A stretch of 64,000 bases of DNA from an uncultured Gemmatimonadaceae bacterium (GTDB taxonomy: Bacteria > Gemmatimonadota > Gemmatimonadetes > Gemmatimonadales > GWC2-71-9), in assembly GCA_964421625.1 (NCBI GenBank), contig CAYQXR010000001.1, positions 40,756 through 104,755 on the forward strand. The letters run 5' to 3'. The stretch's first letter is position 1. Every line of letters begins with the position of its first letter. The translations under genes were made by a program, and so were the position numbers. Under the pieces are notes generated by a model that did not search any database, was not told the DNA's origin, and saw nothing but the letters and a program-made list of their open reading frames with translations. Of this stretch, positions 9,285 through 19,647 are shown piece after piece.

Positions 9285-10556
9285 CTACCGCCCCCCAACC
9301 ACTCCCGCCAGCGTGGCCACCAGCAGCAGGCTCCACTGGGTGCCGATTTCGCTGCCGGTGTGATCCCACTGTTCATCCAGTGAATGCCCGCCGCGGCCGC
9401 GACCGCCGCCGCCGATGGTCACCGACGGGATCCCGCGCGACATCGGCAGATTGGCGTCGGTGCTCGACGCCGAGAAGTAGGGCGTGAAGCCGAGCACCTT
9501 GGCGGTGGCTGCTGTGGCCTGGATCAGCGGGAGCGACTCGGGCTGGGTGCCAGCGGGCCGGTCGCCCCAGCGGTCGAAGGTGACGGCCAGCCGGATCTGG
9601 CTCTCGGGCCAGCGGGCATGTTCCTCGTCCAGCGCCTGCTGCACCACCTCGCGGAAGCGGGCGTCGAGGCGGTTGAGTTCCGCCAGATTCTCCGAGCGCA
9701 TGTCGATCTGGAAGACCGCATTCGACGGGATCGAGTTGACCGTGGTTCCGCCCGAGAGAATGCCGACGCTGTAGGTGGTGCGCGGCACCCGGGGCACCTG
9801 GAGATCGGCGATCTTCGCGATGGCGCGCCCCAGCGCGTGCATCGGGTTGGGCTGCCCGAAGGCCCCGAACGAGTGCCCGCCCGGGCCGGTGAAGGTGACT
9901 GTGGTGCGGTAGCTGCCCACGGCGTCCTTGACGGCGTTGAGGGCGTCGGCATCGACGGAGATGAAGGCGCCGACGCGCCGGTCGCGCAGTTCCTGCTCGA
10001 ACAGATGCCGCACGCCGCGCAGGTTGCCCGGACCCTCCTCGCCCACCGTTGCCACGAACCAGATCGGCGCGCGGGTGGCCACCTGCGCCGAATCGAGCGC
10101 ACGGGCCACGGTCAGGAGCACCGCCAATCCGCGGCAGTTGTCCTCGATCCCGGGGCCCTTGAGGATGGTGCCCTCTCGGCGGACCGTCACATCGGTGCCT
10201 TCGGGGAAGACGGTGTCGAGATGCCCCGAGATCACGATGGCCGGGAGATCGTCCTGCCCCGGGCGCTCCGCGATCACGTTGCCGACGGCATCAATGCGCA
10301 CATTCCGGAGTCCCAGGGCGGCGAGTCTGGCCCGATAGGCTTCGGCGCGGGCCGTCTCCTTGAAGGGCGGCGCGGGAATCTGGCAGATGCCGATCTGTGT
10401 CTCGATCGTCGCGGGCTCCCACTGGCGTACCAGCGCCAGCGCGCGCTGCACCGCCGGGTGCTGGTCCGGTACCGGTGTCTGCGCCGTCGCCTGTCCGGCA
10501 CCCAGCAGCGCGACGGCACCGACACCGACGCACCACCACGCGCGGGAACCGCTCAC
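9285..10556 (-). CDS. M20 family metallopeptidase (ArgE/DapE/CPG2-like), secreted
   Basis: Motifs ISGHLDTVFPEG and ATVGEEGPGNLRG. GTG at 10556 overlaps the upstream stop (GTGA) and gives a signal-peptide N-terminus (SGSRAWWCVGVGAVALLGAGQATA). Confidence 0.85.
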   Translation of the reverse strand: MSGSRAWWCVGVGAVALLGAGQATAQTPVPDQHPAVQRALALVRQWEPATIETQIGICQIPAPPFKETARAEAYRARLAALGLRNVRIDAVGNVIAERPGQDDLPAIVISGHLDTVFPEGTDVTVRREGTILKGPGIEDNCRGLAVLLTVARALDSAQVATRAPIWFVATVGEEGPGNLRGVRHLFEQELRDRRVGAFISVDADALNAVKDAVGSYRTTVTFTGPGGHSFGAFGQPNPMHALGRAIAKIADLQVPRVPRTTYSVGILSGGTTVNSIPSNAVFQIDMRSENLAELNRLDARFREVVQQALDEEHARWPESQIRLAVTFDRWGDRPAGTQPESLPLIQATAATAKVLGFTPYFSASSTDANLPMSRGIPSVTIGGGGRGRGGHSLDEQWDHTGSEIGTQWSLLLVATLAGVVGGR

Positions 10557-11782
10557 TTGCGGATCCTCACGTTGGTCAACTGCGCCACGCCCGACAGCGT
10601 GGTCTGGGCCGCATTGAGCCCGAGGCGGAAATCCTTGTCGGAGAAGGTCGTCCACACATCGCTGGGCTGATGCCAGGTGGGATTCCAGCCGTCACGCGTC
10701 TGCGGCACCCGCTCGTTCTCCCGCAGCGAGATGGCGGCGGTGTAGTCCGCGAACGACTGCGAGTCGGTGTTGCTCATCCGGTAGCCGACCGCCGCGGGGT
10801 AGTCCGTCGCATAGCGCTCGTTGGCGGACCGGAAGATCCAGGCGAGCCGCTGCGCGTCATCGGCGAAGCGCGAGATCCACGAGAACTCGATGTTCACATC
10901 CGCCTCGCGTCGCTGCTCGGGTGAGACCTGCCCGCTCGAATCGGGAGCGCCATGATCCCAGAGCATCATGTCGTGCTGGATCATGCCCAGCCACTTGGGT
11001 TCCGGGTAGCGCCCCGATCCCGCCGGCGATTCGACCCCTTGCAGCGCGTGGCGCTGGGCCACGTAGGCCCTGCTGCCATCCAGCCCCGTCTCCTCGTTGT
11101 TCCAGAGCACGAAGCGGATCGACTGGTCGGTCTCGACGCCCGGCATCGAGAAGACCCGCGCCAGTTCCATGACCAGGGCGGTACCCGAGGCGTTGTCGTT
11201 CACCGCCTCGTTGTAGCCGTGGCCGTCCATGTGGGCCCCGATGATGTACATCTCCTGCGGCCGAGTGGTGCCGATCTTGGTGCAGAAGACCTGCTCACGC
11301 GGCCCCGGCACCGGGATCTCCGCGTTCAGGGTCCGCAGGCGGGCCTCGGCCTGACGCAGGGAGTCGCGGTTGACGCCGGTCGGCACCCGGGGCACGTAGC
11401 GGGTCGGCGGGGTGGGGATCACGTTGCCGCGGCCCTGATGCGCTTCACCGGGAGCCGGGGCCTGGATGCCGCCGCGTCCGCCCGGCGCATACACATACTG
11501 CATCCGTTCGGTGGTGCAGCCGTACTCCTTGAGGCGCGCCTCGATCCAGTCGATCGCGTCACGGTTGCGCTGGGTGCCCTCGCGCCGATCGCCGAACTGG
11601 GTCAGTCCCTTGATGGTGGCCTTATAGCGGTCGAGCGTGAGTTCGCCGACCAACGTGCGGATCGGATCGTCCGGCGCAGGACCACCGCGTCCACGCCCCT
11701 GCCCCTGGGCGGTGAGCAGCGTGGTGGGCACCAGCAGGGCCAGCAGCAGGGGACCGGCAGATGAAAAGAGGGGACGTCGCAT
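10553..11782 (-). CDS. M28 family aminopeptidase, secreted
   Basis: Signal peptide is followed by GAHMDGHGYNEAVNDNASGTALVMELARVF, which matches the M28 zinc-ligand region. Confidence 0.88.
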   Translation of the reverse strand: MRRPLFSSAGPLLLALLVPTTLLTAQGQGRGRGGPAPDDPIRTLVGELTLDRYKATIKGLTQFGDRREGTQRNRDAIDWIEARLKEYGCTTERMQYVYAPGGRGGIQAPAPGEAHQGRGNVIPTPPTRYVPRVPTGVNRDSLRQAEARLRTLNAEIPVPGPREQVFCTKIGTTRPQEMYIIGAHMDGHGYNEAVNDNASGTALVMELARVFSMPGVETDQSIRFVLWNNEETGLDGSRAYVAQRHALQGVESPAGSGRYPEPKWLGMIQHDMMLWDHGAPDSSGQVSPEQRREADVNIEFSWISRFADDAQRLAWIFRSANERYATDYPAAVGYRMSNTDSQSFADYTAAISLRENERVPQTRDGWNPTWHQPSDVWTTFSDKDFRLGLNAAQTTLSGVAQLTNVRIRK

Positions 11783-11887
11783 GGGCGGCTCCAGCAGAAT
11801 CGGGGGGAATCCGGAAGAGGGTACCGGAAAGAATCTACCCCGACAGCCGCCGGAGAGCGTGCCCGACGCTCCCCGGCAGCGAAGCGT

Positions 11888-12271
11888 TCAGTCCCGCCGG
11901 ATGGCGAAGGCCCCCGGCCCAGCAGCCGCGAAGAACAGGAAGATGAAGCAGAAGAGCACTGCCGGTTCCCCGCCGTTGAGCATCGGGAACAGGGCGTTCT
12001 GGGAGGCGTGCGCCGTGAAGTACGCCACCGCCATCTGTCCGGCCAGCAGGAAGGCCACCGGCCGGGTGAACAGTCCGAGCAGCACCATGAGACCGCCGAC
12101 TACCTCGATTACCCCACCGATCCACGGCAGCGAGCCCATGGCTGGCGACCACTCGGTCGGCGGGAAGCCGAAGATCTTCATCGAGCCGTGCAGGATGAAG
12201 AGATAGGACGCGACGATGCGTAACGCGCCGTGGAGCATGCTCTGCCAGGCAGCCGGAATGGGACCATTCAT
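11888..12271 (-). CDS. DoxX family membrane protein
   Basis: A 127-aa, 4-TM protein. LRIVASYLFILHGSMKIFGFP is typical of DoxX. Confidence 0.8.
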   Translation of the reverse strand: MNGPIPAAWQSMLHGALRIVASYLFILHGSMKIFGFPPTEWSPAMGSLPWIGGVIEVVGGLMVLLGLFTRPVAFLLAGQMAVAYFTAHASQNALFPMLNGGEPAVLFCFIFLFFAAAGPGAFAIRRD

Positions 12272-12373
12272 TGTGAGACCCTCAGGGGATGAACGTGAAA
12301 GCCGGTCCCGGGACCGGCCACTTGCGTCAGGTACACTGGATGCCGGGCAGAAGTTCCCGCCCTGGGTGCCGCT

Positions 12374-12943
12374 TCACCCGCCGCGGGGTGCCGGGTGGAG
12401 TGACCGCACTACCCGGGCTGTGGTGACGATCTGGCCGGTGTGGCGGGCCGCATGCTCGCCGACATGCACCAGCAGTCCCAGGACGGTGGTCGGGAGCTGG
12501 GCCCGACCCACGCCGCGCGGATCGAGCAGGGTGTCCTCCGGGGTCTCCCGGAACTGAAGCAGGGCCGTGTCCACGGCCCGATGCCAGTCGACCACCAGGT
12601 GGTCGAGCGATGGGCAGGATTCACACAGCAGGCGCTCCGCCGTCAGCGTCGCCATCTGGAGCGTGCTGAGTGCCTCCCCGCGCGCGTAGGTCAGCAGCCG
12701 GTCGGTGCTGCCGGTCAGGTGGCCCAGATGGTACCCGATCGAGGCGGCACCGCCCGGCATGGCCCAGAGCTGCTCTGTCGTGAGTCCCTCAATGGCGCGG
12801 TCGATGTCCTCGCGCGCCAGCAGCAGGGCATGGGCCGCGGGCATCAGCAGGGGCGGGATGCCGGGCACGGGACCGCGCAGCCAGGGTTCGGGGAGTGCAG
12901 CAGTCATCCGGTCGAGGTCCTGTCGTCGAGGGTGAGTTGGCAT
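12374..12943 (-). CDS. DinB family protein
   Basis: Four-helix-bundle His triad pattern (GYHLGHLTGSTDRLL ... LLVHVGEHAARHTGQI). An alternative start is the ATG at 12907. Confidence 0.75.
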   Translation of the reverse strand: MPTHPRRQDLDRMTAALPEPWLRGPVPGIPPLLMPAAHALLLAREDIDRAIEGLTTEQLWAMPGGAASIGYHLGHLTGSTDRLLTYARGEALSTLQMATLTAERLLCESCPSLDHLVVDWHRAVDTALLQFRETPEDTLLDPRGVGRAQLPTTVLGLLVHVGEHAARHTGQIVTTARVVRSLHPAPRGG

Positions 12944-13028
12944 CCAGCGCCGCAGCCGAAATTTACCCCGGGTTGAGAAACACCCGGCATGCCTCTACTT
13001 CTTCAGTTCCCCTCACCCTGGTGTCTGC

Positions 13029-13634
13029 ATGTCCATCGCCCGCTCCGCCCTCCTGCTGCTCGTTGCGGCGACCGCTGCACCACTGGCCGCACAGGACTCG
13101 CTGCCCCGCACACCGGTCGGCGTCACGGTGCTGATCCAGACCATCTACGGCGAGATCGAAGCCGTCATCGACACCGTCCATGCGCCGATCACCGGCCGGA
13201 ACTTCCTCCGCTACGTCGACGACAGTCTCTTCCGCAATTCGCGGTTTCACCGCACGGTCACCAAGGCCTCGCCGCGGAACACCCCAATCCCCATCGAGGT
13301 CATTCAGGGATCGCGGGATCCGCAGGCCCGGGGTGGCTTCCCGGCCATCCCGCTGGAGCGGACCCGGGAGACCGGGCTGCGTCATCTGGACGGCACTCTG
13401 TCCATGGCGCGCAGCGGCCCCGACACCGGCACGTCGCAGTATTTCATCTGCATCGGTCCGCAGCCCGAACTCGACTTCGGGGGCAAGCGCCAGGCCGACG
13501 GCCAGGGCTTCGCCGCGTTCGGTCAGGTGGTCCGGGGCATGGAGGTGGTCCGCAAGATTCACCAGCTTCCGGCCGACGCCCAGGAGAACCTGACCCCGGC
13601 CGTGGTGGTGACCAACATCATCCGGAAGCGCTGA
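13029..13634 (+). CDS. peptidyl-prolyl cis-trans isomerase (cyclophilin type), secreted
   Basis: Signal peptide plus TGRNFLRYV, FHR and GTLSMARSGPDTGTSQYFI cyclophilin motifs. Confidence 0.9.
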   Translation: MSIARSALLLLVAATAAPLAAQDSLPRTPVGVTVLIQTIYGEIEAVIDTVHAPITGRNFLRYVDDSLFRNSRFHRTVTKASPRNTPIPIEVIQGSRDPQARGGFPAIPLERTRETGLRHLDGTLSMARSGPDTGTSQYFICIGPQPELDFGGKRQADGQGFAAFGQVVRGMEVVRKIHQLPADAQENLTPAVVVTNIIRKR

Positions 13635-13668
13635 CCGGGGCAGCATCGCCCCGGTCGGCTGCCAGCCA

Positions 13669-15363
13669 TCAGCGGCGCTGCGGCGTCACCCACCAGAGGG
13701 TATGGGGGATGATCCCGTCCCATCGGGGCGTGATGGGGTCATCAGCCGCGAGCCACAGGGCGCCATAGGAGAGCCTGGACACGTTGGCGATCTTGGTGAT
13801 GTCGAGCAATCCCGGCTCGTCGGTCGCCCGATGGTATTCCGGCGTGGTCCCGTTGAAGAACTGGAGGATGGGGATGCCGCGCTCCAGGTAGGGGCCGGCA
13901 TCCGTGCGCGGGTAGTAGAACTCGCTCCGGACGTCTTCGTACTGCCGGTCCAGATGGATGAACGGAAATTCCTTCGCCGCCTTCTGGAGGTTCGCCTCGG
14001 TCATGCTGCTCAGCAGCTTCGGACCGGTCACATAGATGGTGTCGGACGCCGACAGGTTCTGGATCGGCGCGCTGTTGGGCGCCCGGCTGCGGCCGATCAT
14101 GTCGTTGCTGACGTGGAGCACCAGGTTCTTCGACCAGGGCCCGTAGGCGATGGTCCTCGTGCCCCAGAGCCCGACCTCCTCGCCGGAATCCCAGATCAGC
14201 AGGATCGAACGCTTGGGCCGCGGCCCTGTCATCAGCGCCCGGACGATCGCCATGTTCCCCGCGCTGCCGCTGGCGTTGTCGTCGGCCGCATTGTACTGGT
14301 CGGCGAGCGTATTGCCCGGCTGACTGGCCGGTGCGGGGACGGCGCCATCCAGATGGGCGGCCAGCGAGATCCACTCGTTCTTGAGGACCGGGTCGGAGCC
14401 TTCTACGAAGCCCACAACGTTGTACGGGCGGGCGTCGAGCGTGGTGGCGGCGAAGGTCACCGAGAACTGCACCCCGAGATCCACCGACGACGGGAACTGC
14501 TGGAGTGAATCGGCGTGCAGCAGGGCATCCGCCGAGAGCGACGTGCCTGCCAGCAGGGTCCGGAGCGCCTCAACCGACAGGAGGATGCGCGGCGTCGGGA
14601 TGACAGCGTAGGCGACACCCACCGACGGGTTGAGATCCTGCCCCGTGGTGGCCCGGCGGTTCCATCCGTTGAGATGCGCTGCGGTCGGCACCACAATGAT
14701 GCCGGCGGCACCACCATGTCTCGCGATTTCTTCCAGCCTGATGTAGTCGATGCCGACCTGCCCCGTCGGGCCTGCGCCGCCACCTCCGCGCCCGCCCCGG
14801 CCACCTCGTCCCCCAAAGGACGACGCATTCACCAGGAGCCACTTGCCGCGGAACTCCGCGAAGGGATCCACGCCGGGCTGTACCGGGAAGGTTCCATTCC
14901 CGATATACCGGACCGTGCCCTCACGCACGCCCGGCACCAGGTACTGCATCACGTTGAAGTCATCGCCCCACCGCAGGGTCCTGGTCCCCACCCGCGCGGA
15001 GGTCCGGAGGGTATCGAGCGTCGACTGGGTCACGGTGTAGTGCTGGAAGTAGGTCCCGTTGTCGCCCATGGGGGTGACACCCAGACGCTGAAGATCCCGC
15101 GCGATGTAGGCCGCCGCCGAGTCGTAGCCCGGCGACCCAAGCCCCGGGAAATGGGTGCGCCGTCCCATGTTGGCATCGGAGGCGAGATAGTCGACATCGC
15201 GGCGGATGTCGGCCTCGCGGATCTCGGCGACGGCCCGCTTGACCGCCGCCAGGCGGGCATCCTGGGCCGACGCGGCAGCGGGCCACGCCACAGTGAGCAC
15301 AAAGGCGGCAGCGCCCCAGGACCAGCGGGGGCTCAGGCGGCACAGCAACGAGCGGGATGTCAT
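13669..15363 (-). CDS. M28 family peptidase with PA domain, secreted
   Basis: Signal peptide, YNAADDNASGSAGNMAIVRAL, and a Gly/Arg low-complexity insert (GGRGGRGGRGGGG). Confidence 0.85.
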   Translation of the reverse strand: MTSRSLLCRLSPRWSWGAAAFVLTVAWPAAASAQDARLAAVKRAVAEIREADIRRDVDYLASDANMGRRTHFPGLGSPGYDSAAAYIARDLQRLGVTPMGDNGTYFQHYTVTQSTLDTLRTSARVGTRTLRWGDDFNVMQYLVPGVREGTVRYIGNGTFPVQPGVDPFAEFRGKWLLVNASSFGGRGGRGGRGGGGAGPTGQVGIDYIRLEEIARHGGAAGIIVVPTAAHLNGWNRRATTGQDLNPSVGVAYAVIPTPRILLSVEALRTLLAGTSLSADALLHADSLQQFPSSVDLGVQFSVTFAATTLDARPYNVVGFVEGSDPVLKNEWISLAAHLDGAVPAPASQPGNTLADQYNAADDNASGSAGNMAIVRALMTGPRPKRSILLIWDSGEEVGLWGTRTIAYGPWSKNLVLHVSNDMIGRSRAPNSAPIQNLSASDTIYVTGPKLLSSMTEANLQKAAKEFPFIHLDRQYEDVRSEFYYPRTDAGPYLERGIPILQFFNGTTPEYHRATDEPGLLDITKIANVSRLSYGALWLAADDPITPRWDGIIPHTLWWVTPQRR

Positions 15364-15433
15364 GATGGACCTCGGCAGCGGGGGTAGACCTCAAGTCTAC
15401 CCAGGCCACCAACCTGAGGCGAGCGGTTGCCCC

Positions 15434-15805
15434 TCAGCGTGTTTCGTCGTGGTACGCCTCTTCGATCACCACGGCGGTCCCGTAGCAGAGCACTTCGGAG
15501 ACGCCCCGCATCAGTTCGGTCGATTCGTAGCGCACCCCGATCACCGCGTTGGCGCCGAGATTCTGGGCGTGGGCCAGCATGATGTCGAAGGCGTCGGCAC
15601 GGGCCTTCTCGCAGAGCGAGGTAAAGAACGAGATGTTGCCGCCGAAGATGGTCTCGACCGATGCGGCGAAGGTCCCGAAGACCGACCGCGACCGGACGAT
15701 GATGCCGCGGACAATCCCCCGCGACTCCACGATGTGATACCCGGGGAGATCGAAGGTGGTGCTGGTGTGCTCGTGACGGATGACGCCGACCCCCCGACGG
15801 CTCAT
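15434..15805 (-). CDS. YbjQ (UPF0145) family protein
   Basis: IVRSRSVFGTFAASVETIFGGNISFFTSLCEKARADAFDIMLAHAQNLGANAVIGVRYE. The ATG at 15805 overlaps the upstream stop (ATGA). Confidence 0.8.
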   Translation of the reverse strand: MSRRGVGVIRHEHTSTTFDLPGYHIVESRGIVRGIIVRSRSVFGTFAASVETIFGGNISFFTSLCEKARADAFDIMLAHAQNLGANAVIGVRYESTELMRGVSEVLCYGTAVVIEEAYHDETR

Positions 15806-17049
15806 GGTACCCATGTGCCCCTCGCGACCGCCGGCACGAAGCTGTCCAAGCCCCTGGGCGGGAAGGCCAGCGTCTTCCCCTGTTCGGCGCTCATGTAGGC
15901 TGCCATTAGAATCTTCATGACCTCCAGGCCATCCTCGAAGGTGAGCAGTGGTTCTTCCTTGCCCAGGAACACCCGCACAAAGTGCCGGTCTTCGTTGACA
16001 TACCCGTAGGCTGCCGCCTCGTCCGCGACCACCGGCATCAGTCCCATCTCGGCGTTCTGCTTCTCGACCAGATCCTCACCGACAGAGCCCATCACGTCGC
16101 GGGAGAAGAAGCAGGCCAGCTCGCTGTTGAGCGTGTTCCAGTTCATCGAGTATTCGGGCCCGAGCAGCTCCGACGACAGCCGGAGCCCCGCCCCCACGAA
16201 GGACCACGAGGTGCTCGCCTCGCCGATGACCCGTTCGCCGCCATCGGCCTCGTAGGTGATGGTGACGGAGGCGAAGTCCTCACTCGGACGCTTGCGGTAG
16301 TCGACCTCCCGCCCGTAGCGCGCCTTGAGCTGCTTGGCGTAGGCCGGACGGCTCCACTTGAGCGACGCGATGCGGCCATCGATCGCCACCGGACGCAGCG
16401 AGCTGCGCGGCTTCCCGGGCTCGGTCAGGAGGAACCGGACCAGCTCCGCCGAGTGGCACATCATGTCGTTGAGCACGCCGCCGCCCTGCTTGTCGCCCTG
16501 CCAGAACCAGGCGGCATGCGGTCCGGAATGCTCTTCGGCCGCCCGGGCCAGATAGGGCCGTCCGCTCACCCGGGCCCCGCGGGCCCAGATCAACTCGCGG
16601 CCACGCACGATAGCCGGGGCAAAGAGCTGGTTCTCCAGATAGCCGTGCCGCAGGCCCGCTGCCTGCACCATCTTCAGCACGGCCTTGGCTTCGCCCACCG
16701 TCCGGGCCAGCGGCTTTTCGCAGGCAATCCCGAGCAGCGAGCCAGCGCCGCTGCGCACCGCGTCGCAGATCTCGCGGACATTCTCGAGCCGCGCCTGGTT
16801 CGGGCCGCAGAGCCAGATGGCATGAATCGCCGGGTCGGCGACCATCTCGGTGATGCTGCCGTATGCCTTGGCCGGGCCCACGTCGAGGGCATTGGCCAAT
16901 GTGGCCGCCGCCGCGGCATTCTTCCGGTTGGGGCTCCAGATGCCGCGCACGTCGGCATCGCGGACGCCCTGCCAGGCCTGAATGTGGAAGCGGGTGTTGA
17001 AGCCGGACCCGACGAAGCCGACGCCGAGTCGGGCAGGGAAATCAGTCAT
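15802..17049 (-). CDS. Gfo/Idh/MocA family oxidoreductase
   Basis: N-terminal Rossmann fold (LGVGFVGSGFNTRFHIQAW) and a typical C-terminal alpha/beta domain. Confidence 0.85.
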   Translation of the reverse strand: MTDFPARLGVGFVGSGFNTRFHIQAWQGVRDADVRGIWSPNRKNAAAAATLANALDVGPAKAYGSITEMVADPAIHAIWLCGPNQARLENVREICDAVRSGAGSLLGIACEKPLARTVGEAKAVLKMVQAAGLRHGYLENQLFAPAIVRGRELIWARGARVSGRPYLARAAEEHSGPHAAWFWQGDKQGGGVLNDMMCHSAELVRFLLTEPGKPRSSLRPVAIDGRIASLKWSRPAYAKQLKARYGREVDYRKRPSEDFASVTITYEADGGERVIGEASTSWSFVGAGLRLSSELLGPEYSMNWNTLNSELACFFSRDVMGSVGEDLVEKQNAEMGLMPVVADEAAAYGYVNEDRHFVRVFLGKEEPLLTFEDGLEVMKILMAAYMSAEQGKTLAFPPRGLDSFVPAVARGTWVP

Positions 17050-17104
17050 GCAGCCCCCAGGGGGTGTTGCCAGCGATGAGTGGGGAACAGCGGGCGCGGC
17101 CGGA

Positions 17105-17734
17105 TCATTCCGGGCGGCTCACGCCGAGCCGACGGTAGTTCTCTGCCGGGCAGCCGTCCCAATCGGCATGCGGCAGGTTGCCCTGGTAGCCGAGGTCGGC
17201 CACGCCGGCTTCGGAACTCCAGTAGGCCGTGGCGGCGAAGTCCCGCAGTGAGGTGAACCAGGTGGTGCCGACCGCGAAGGCCGGAGTGGCGCGGCGCGGC
17301 CAGGCAATGTCGTCGAGCACCTGGCGGCGCTCGGCGTCGGTGCAGGCGATGAAGGCCTTGCCGTCGAAGCGTCGGCCGCACTCGTGATCGAGCCAGGCCA
17401 GTCCGCCCCGGTGATTGGTCTGCATGGCCGGATCGATATCGAGCATGACATCCATCCATTCGGGCGCACCCGCCTCACTGGCGGCAGGCCCCTTGGCATC
17501 CTTCGGGAAGAGGTAGTCGACCAGCATCCGCACCGTGGCGAATTCGTGTTCGGTATACACCTTGAGCGCCCGCGGTACCGGGGCGGCGCGCTCCATCTGC
17601 CGGACAATGGTGGCTTCCGCCGCGGCGGCTTCGCGCAGCGGCAGCATGACGGCAGCAGTGGTGGCGGTGAAGGCCGCCAGCAGTTCCCGGCGGGTTACGC
17701 CGGTGGTGGGGGTCGAGTCGTCGGGGCGGGTCAT
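17105..17734 (-). CDS. gluconate 2-dehydrogenase subunit 3-like protein (Tat signal)
   Basis: Twin-arginine-type N-terminus (VTRRELLAAFTATTAAVM). It is translationally coupled (ATGA) to the GMC flavoprotein gene. Confidence 0.75.
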   Translation of the reverse strand: MTRPDDSTPTTGVTRRELLAAFTATTAAVMLPLREAAAAEATIVRQMERAAPVPRALKVYTEHEFATVRMLVDYLFPKDAKGPAASEAGAPEWMDVMLDIDPAMQTNHRGGLAWLDHECGRRFDGKAFIACTDAERRQVLDDIAWPRRATPAFAVGTTWFTSLRDFAATAYWSSEAGVADLGYQGNLPHADWDGCPAENYRRLGVSRPE

Positions 17735-19437
17735 CAGATCTTCCCTTCCTTCCGCTGCTCCACGATGTAGCGCGAGGTGCGCATGGCCAGGGCGAGAATG
17801 GTCCAGGTGGGGTTCTTATCGGCCTGAGAGACGAACGGGCCGCCGTCGGTGACGAACAGATTGCGGCAGTCCCAGGCCTGGCACTGCGCGTTGAGCACGC
17901 TGGTCGACGGGTTGTTCCCCATCCGCACCGTGCCCAGCTCGTGGATGATTGAGCCGCCGGTGGAGAGGCCGTAGCCCTGCTCGCGCGTGGGCATGGTCGA
18001 CCGGACCACGGCGCCCATCTCGGCCAGCAGGGCTCGGAAGGTCTCCTGCATGTGCCGCGCCTGGCGGTACTCGTGTTCACTCCACTCCCAGTGGAAGCGG
18101 AGCACCGGAATGCCCCACTGATCCAGCGCGCCGGCCGGATCGAGTTCGATGTAGGACTTGTCGTTGGCCACCATCTCGCCGCGACCGGCAAAGTGGACTG
18201 AGGCGCCCCAGTAGCGACGGTACTCCTCTTTGAGCCCCGGTCCGTAGCCGCCGCCGGCGCTGTCGGGCTGGTTCTGGATCCCGCCCATGAACCCATAGCC
18301 CGGCTGGCCCATGCCGCCGCCGATCTCGATGTGGTAGCCCCGCGGGAAGTCCAGCTTGGCGTTGTCCAGCCACCAGGGCATGTACAGGTGCGCCCCGCCG
18401 ATCCCGTCGCAGTTGTGCCGCGGCTGATCCATGAGTGTGGGCACGAAGCCCGAGACCCCGACCCCGGTGGAGTCGGTCAGGTACTTGCCCAGCGTCCCGC
18501 TGGCCGACCCCAGACCGTCGGGGAAGCGGGACGACTTGGAGTTGAACATGATCCGCGTCGACTCGCAGGAGGAAGCCGCCAGCACCACCACCCGCGCTTC
18601 GGCGCGTTCCTCACGGCGGGTCAGCTTGTCGATGAAGATCACTCCGGTGGCCAGCCCGGCCTGGTTGACCGTCACCTCGCGGACCATGGCATCGGTCCGG
18701 ATGGTCAGCCGCCCGGTCTGGGCCGCCGGGTGGATGAAGACATTGGTGGAGGAGAAGTTGGCGTTGACCGAACAGCCCCGGTTGCACTGGCCGCAGTAGT
18801 GGCAGGCGGGGCGTCCGTTCAGCGGGCGGGTCAGCACCGACATGCGCGAGGGGATGCAGAGCACGCCCAGACGGTCGGAGGCCCGCTTGATGGCCATCTC
18901 GTAGCAGCGGGGCTTGGGCGGCGGCTGGAAGAAGCCATCCGGGTGATTGCGCAGCCCTTCATTGGTGCCGAAGATGCCGACCAGTTGGTCCACTTCGTCG
19001 TAGTAGGGCTTGATGTCGTCGTAGGAGATCGGCCAGTCGTCGCCGAGGCCGTCGATGCTGCGGCGCTTGAAGTCGTCGGGGCCGAAGCGGAGCGAGATGC
19101 GGCCCCAGTGATTGGTCCGCCCGCCGAGCATCCGGGCCCGCCACCACTGGAAGCGGGTGCCGGGGGCCTGGGTGAAGGGCTCGCCGGGGATCGTCCAGCC
19201 GCCGATGCAGGCGTCGTGCTCACCGAAGGGGCGATCCGGAGTGGCCCGGCCGCGGCGGTCGGTCTCCCAGGGCTGGACCAGCATGCTGGAGTCGGTGGCG
19301 TTGTCCCAGGTGCCGCCGGCCTCCAGCATGAGCACATTGGCCCCGGCCTTGGTCAGCTCGTGGGCGACCATGCCGCCCCCGGCTCCGGACCCAACGATTA
19401 CGGCATCGTATACGACACGGCGCGCGAGTGGCGACAT
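17734..19437 (-). CDS. GMC family FAD-dependent oxidoreductase
   Basis: N-terminal FAD fold YDAVIVGSGAGGGMVAHEL and a C-terminal GMC signature (HELGTVRMG...FVTDGGPFVS). Confidence 0.9.
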   Translation of the reverse strand: MSPLARRVVYDAVIVGSGAGGGMVAHELTKAGANVLMLEAGGTWDNATDSSMLVQPWETDRRGRATPDRPFGEHDACIGGWTIPGEPFTQAPGTRFQWWRARMLGGRTNHWGRISLRFGPDDFKRRSIDGLGDDWPISYDDIKPYYDEVDQLVGIFGTNEGLRNHPDGFFQPPPKPRCYEMAIKRASDRLGVLCIPSRMSVLTRPLNGRPACHYCGQCNRGCSVNANFSSTNVFIHPAAQTGRLTIRTDAMVREVTVNQAGLATGVIFIDKLTRREERAEARVVVLAASSCESTRIMFNSKSSRFPDGLGSASGTLGKYLTDSTGVGVSGFVPTLMDQPRHNCDGIGGAHLYMPWWLDNAKLDFPRGYHIEIGGGMGQPGYGFMGGIQNQPDSAGGGYGPGLKEEYRRYWGASVHFAGRGEMVANDKSYIELDPAGALDQWGIPVLRFHWEWSEHEYRQARHMQETFRALLAEMGAVVRSTMPTREQGYGLSTGGSIIHELGTVRMGNNPSTSVLNAQCQAWDCRNLFVTDGGPFVSQADKNPTWTILALAMRTSRYIVEQRKEGKI

Positions 19438-19647
19438 GGGCAGTCCCGCTGTTGAAGATCCCGAAATATACGGGGGGAGGGCCGGGTCCGCTGGAGCCTC
19501 CCCGAGCCGCCCGGCTCCCCCACCCTATTGCCCTTGGGGCCTCCACTGCTCACTCTTCTACCGGGTTCGTCTGCCGCGACCGCCGCCAGTCCGGCACTCC
19601 CAGCGCCTATGATCGCGACTTTCTTCCTCCTGACTCCCGGAGCCTGC

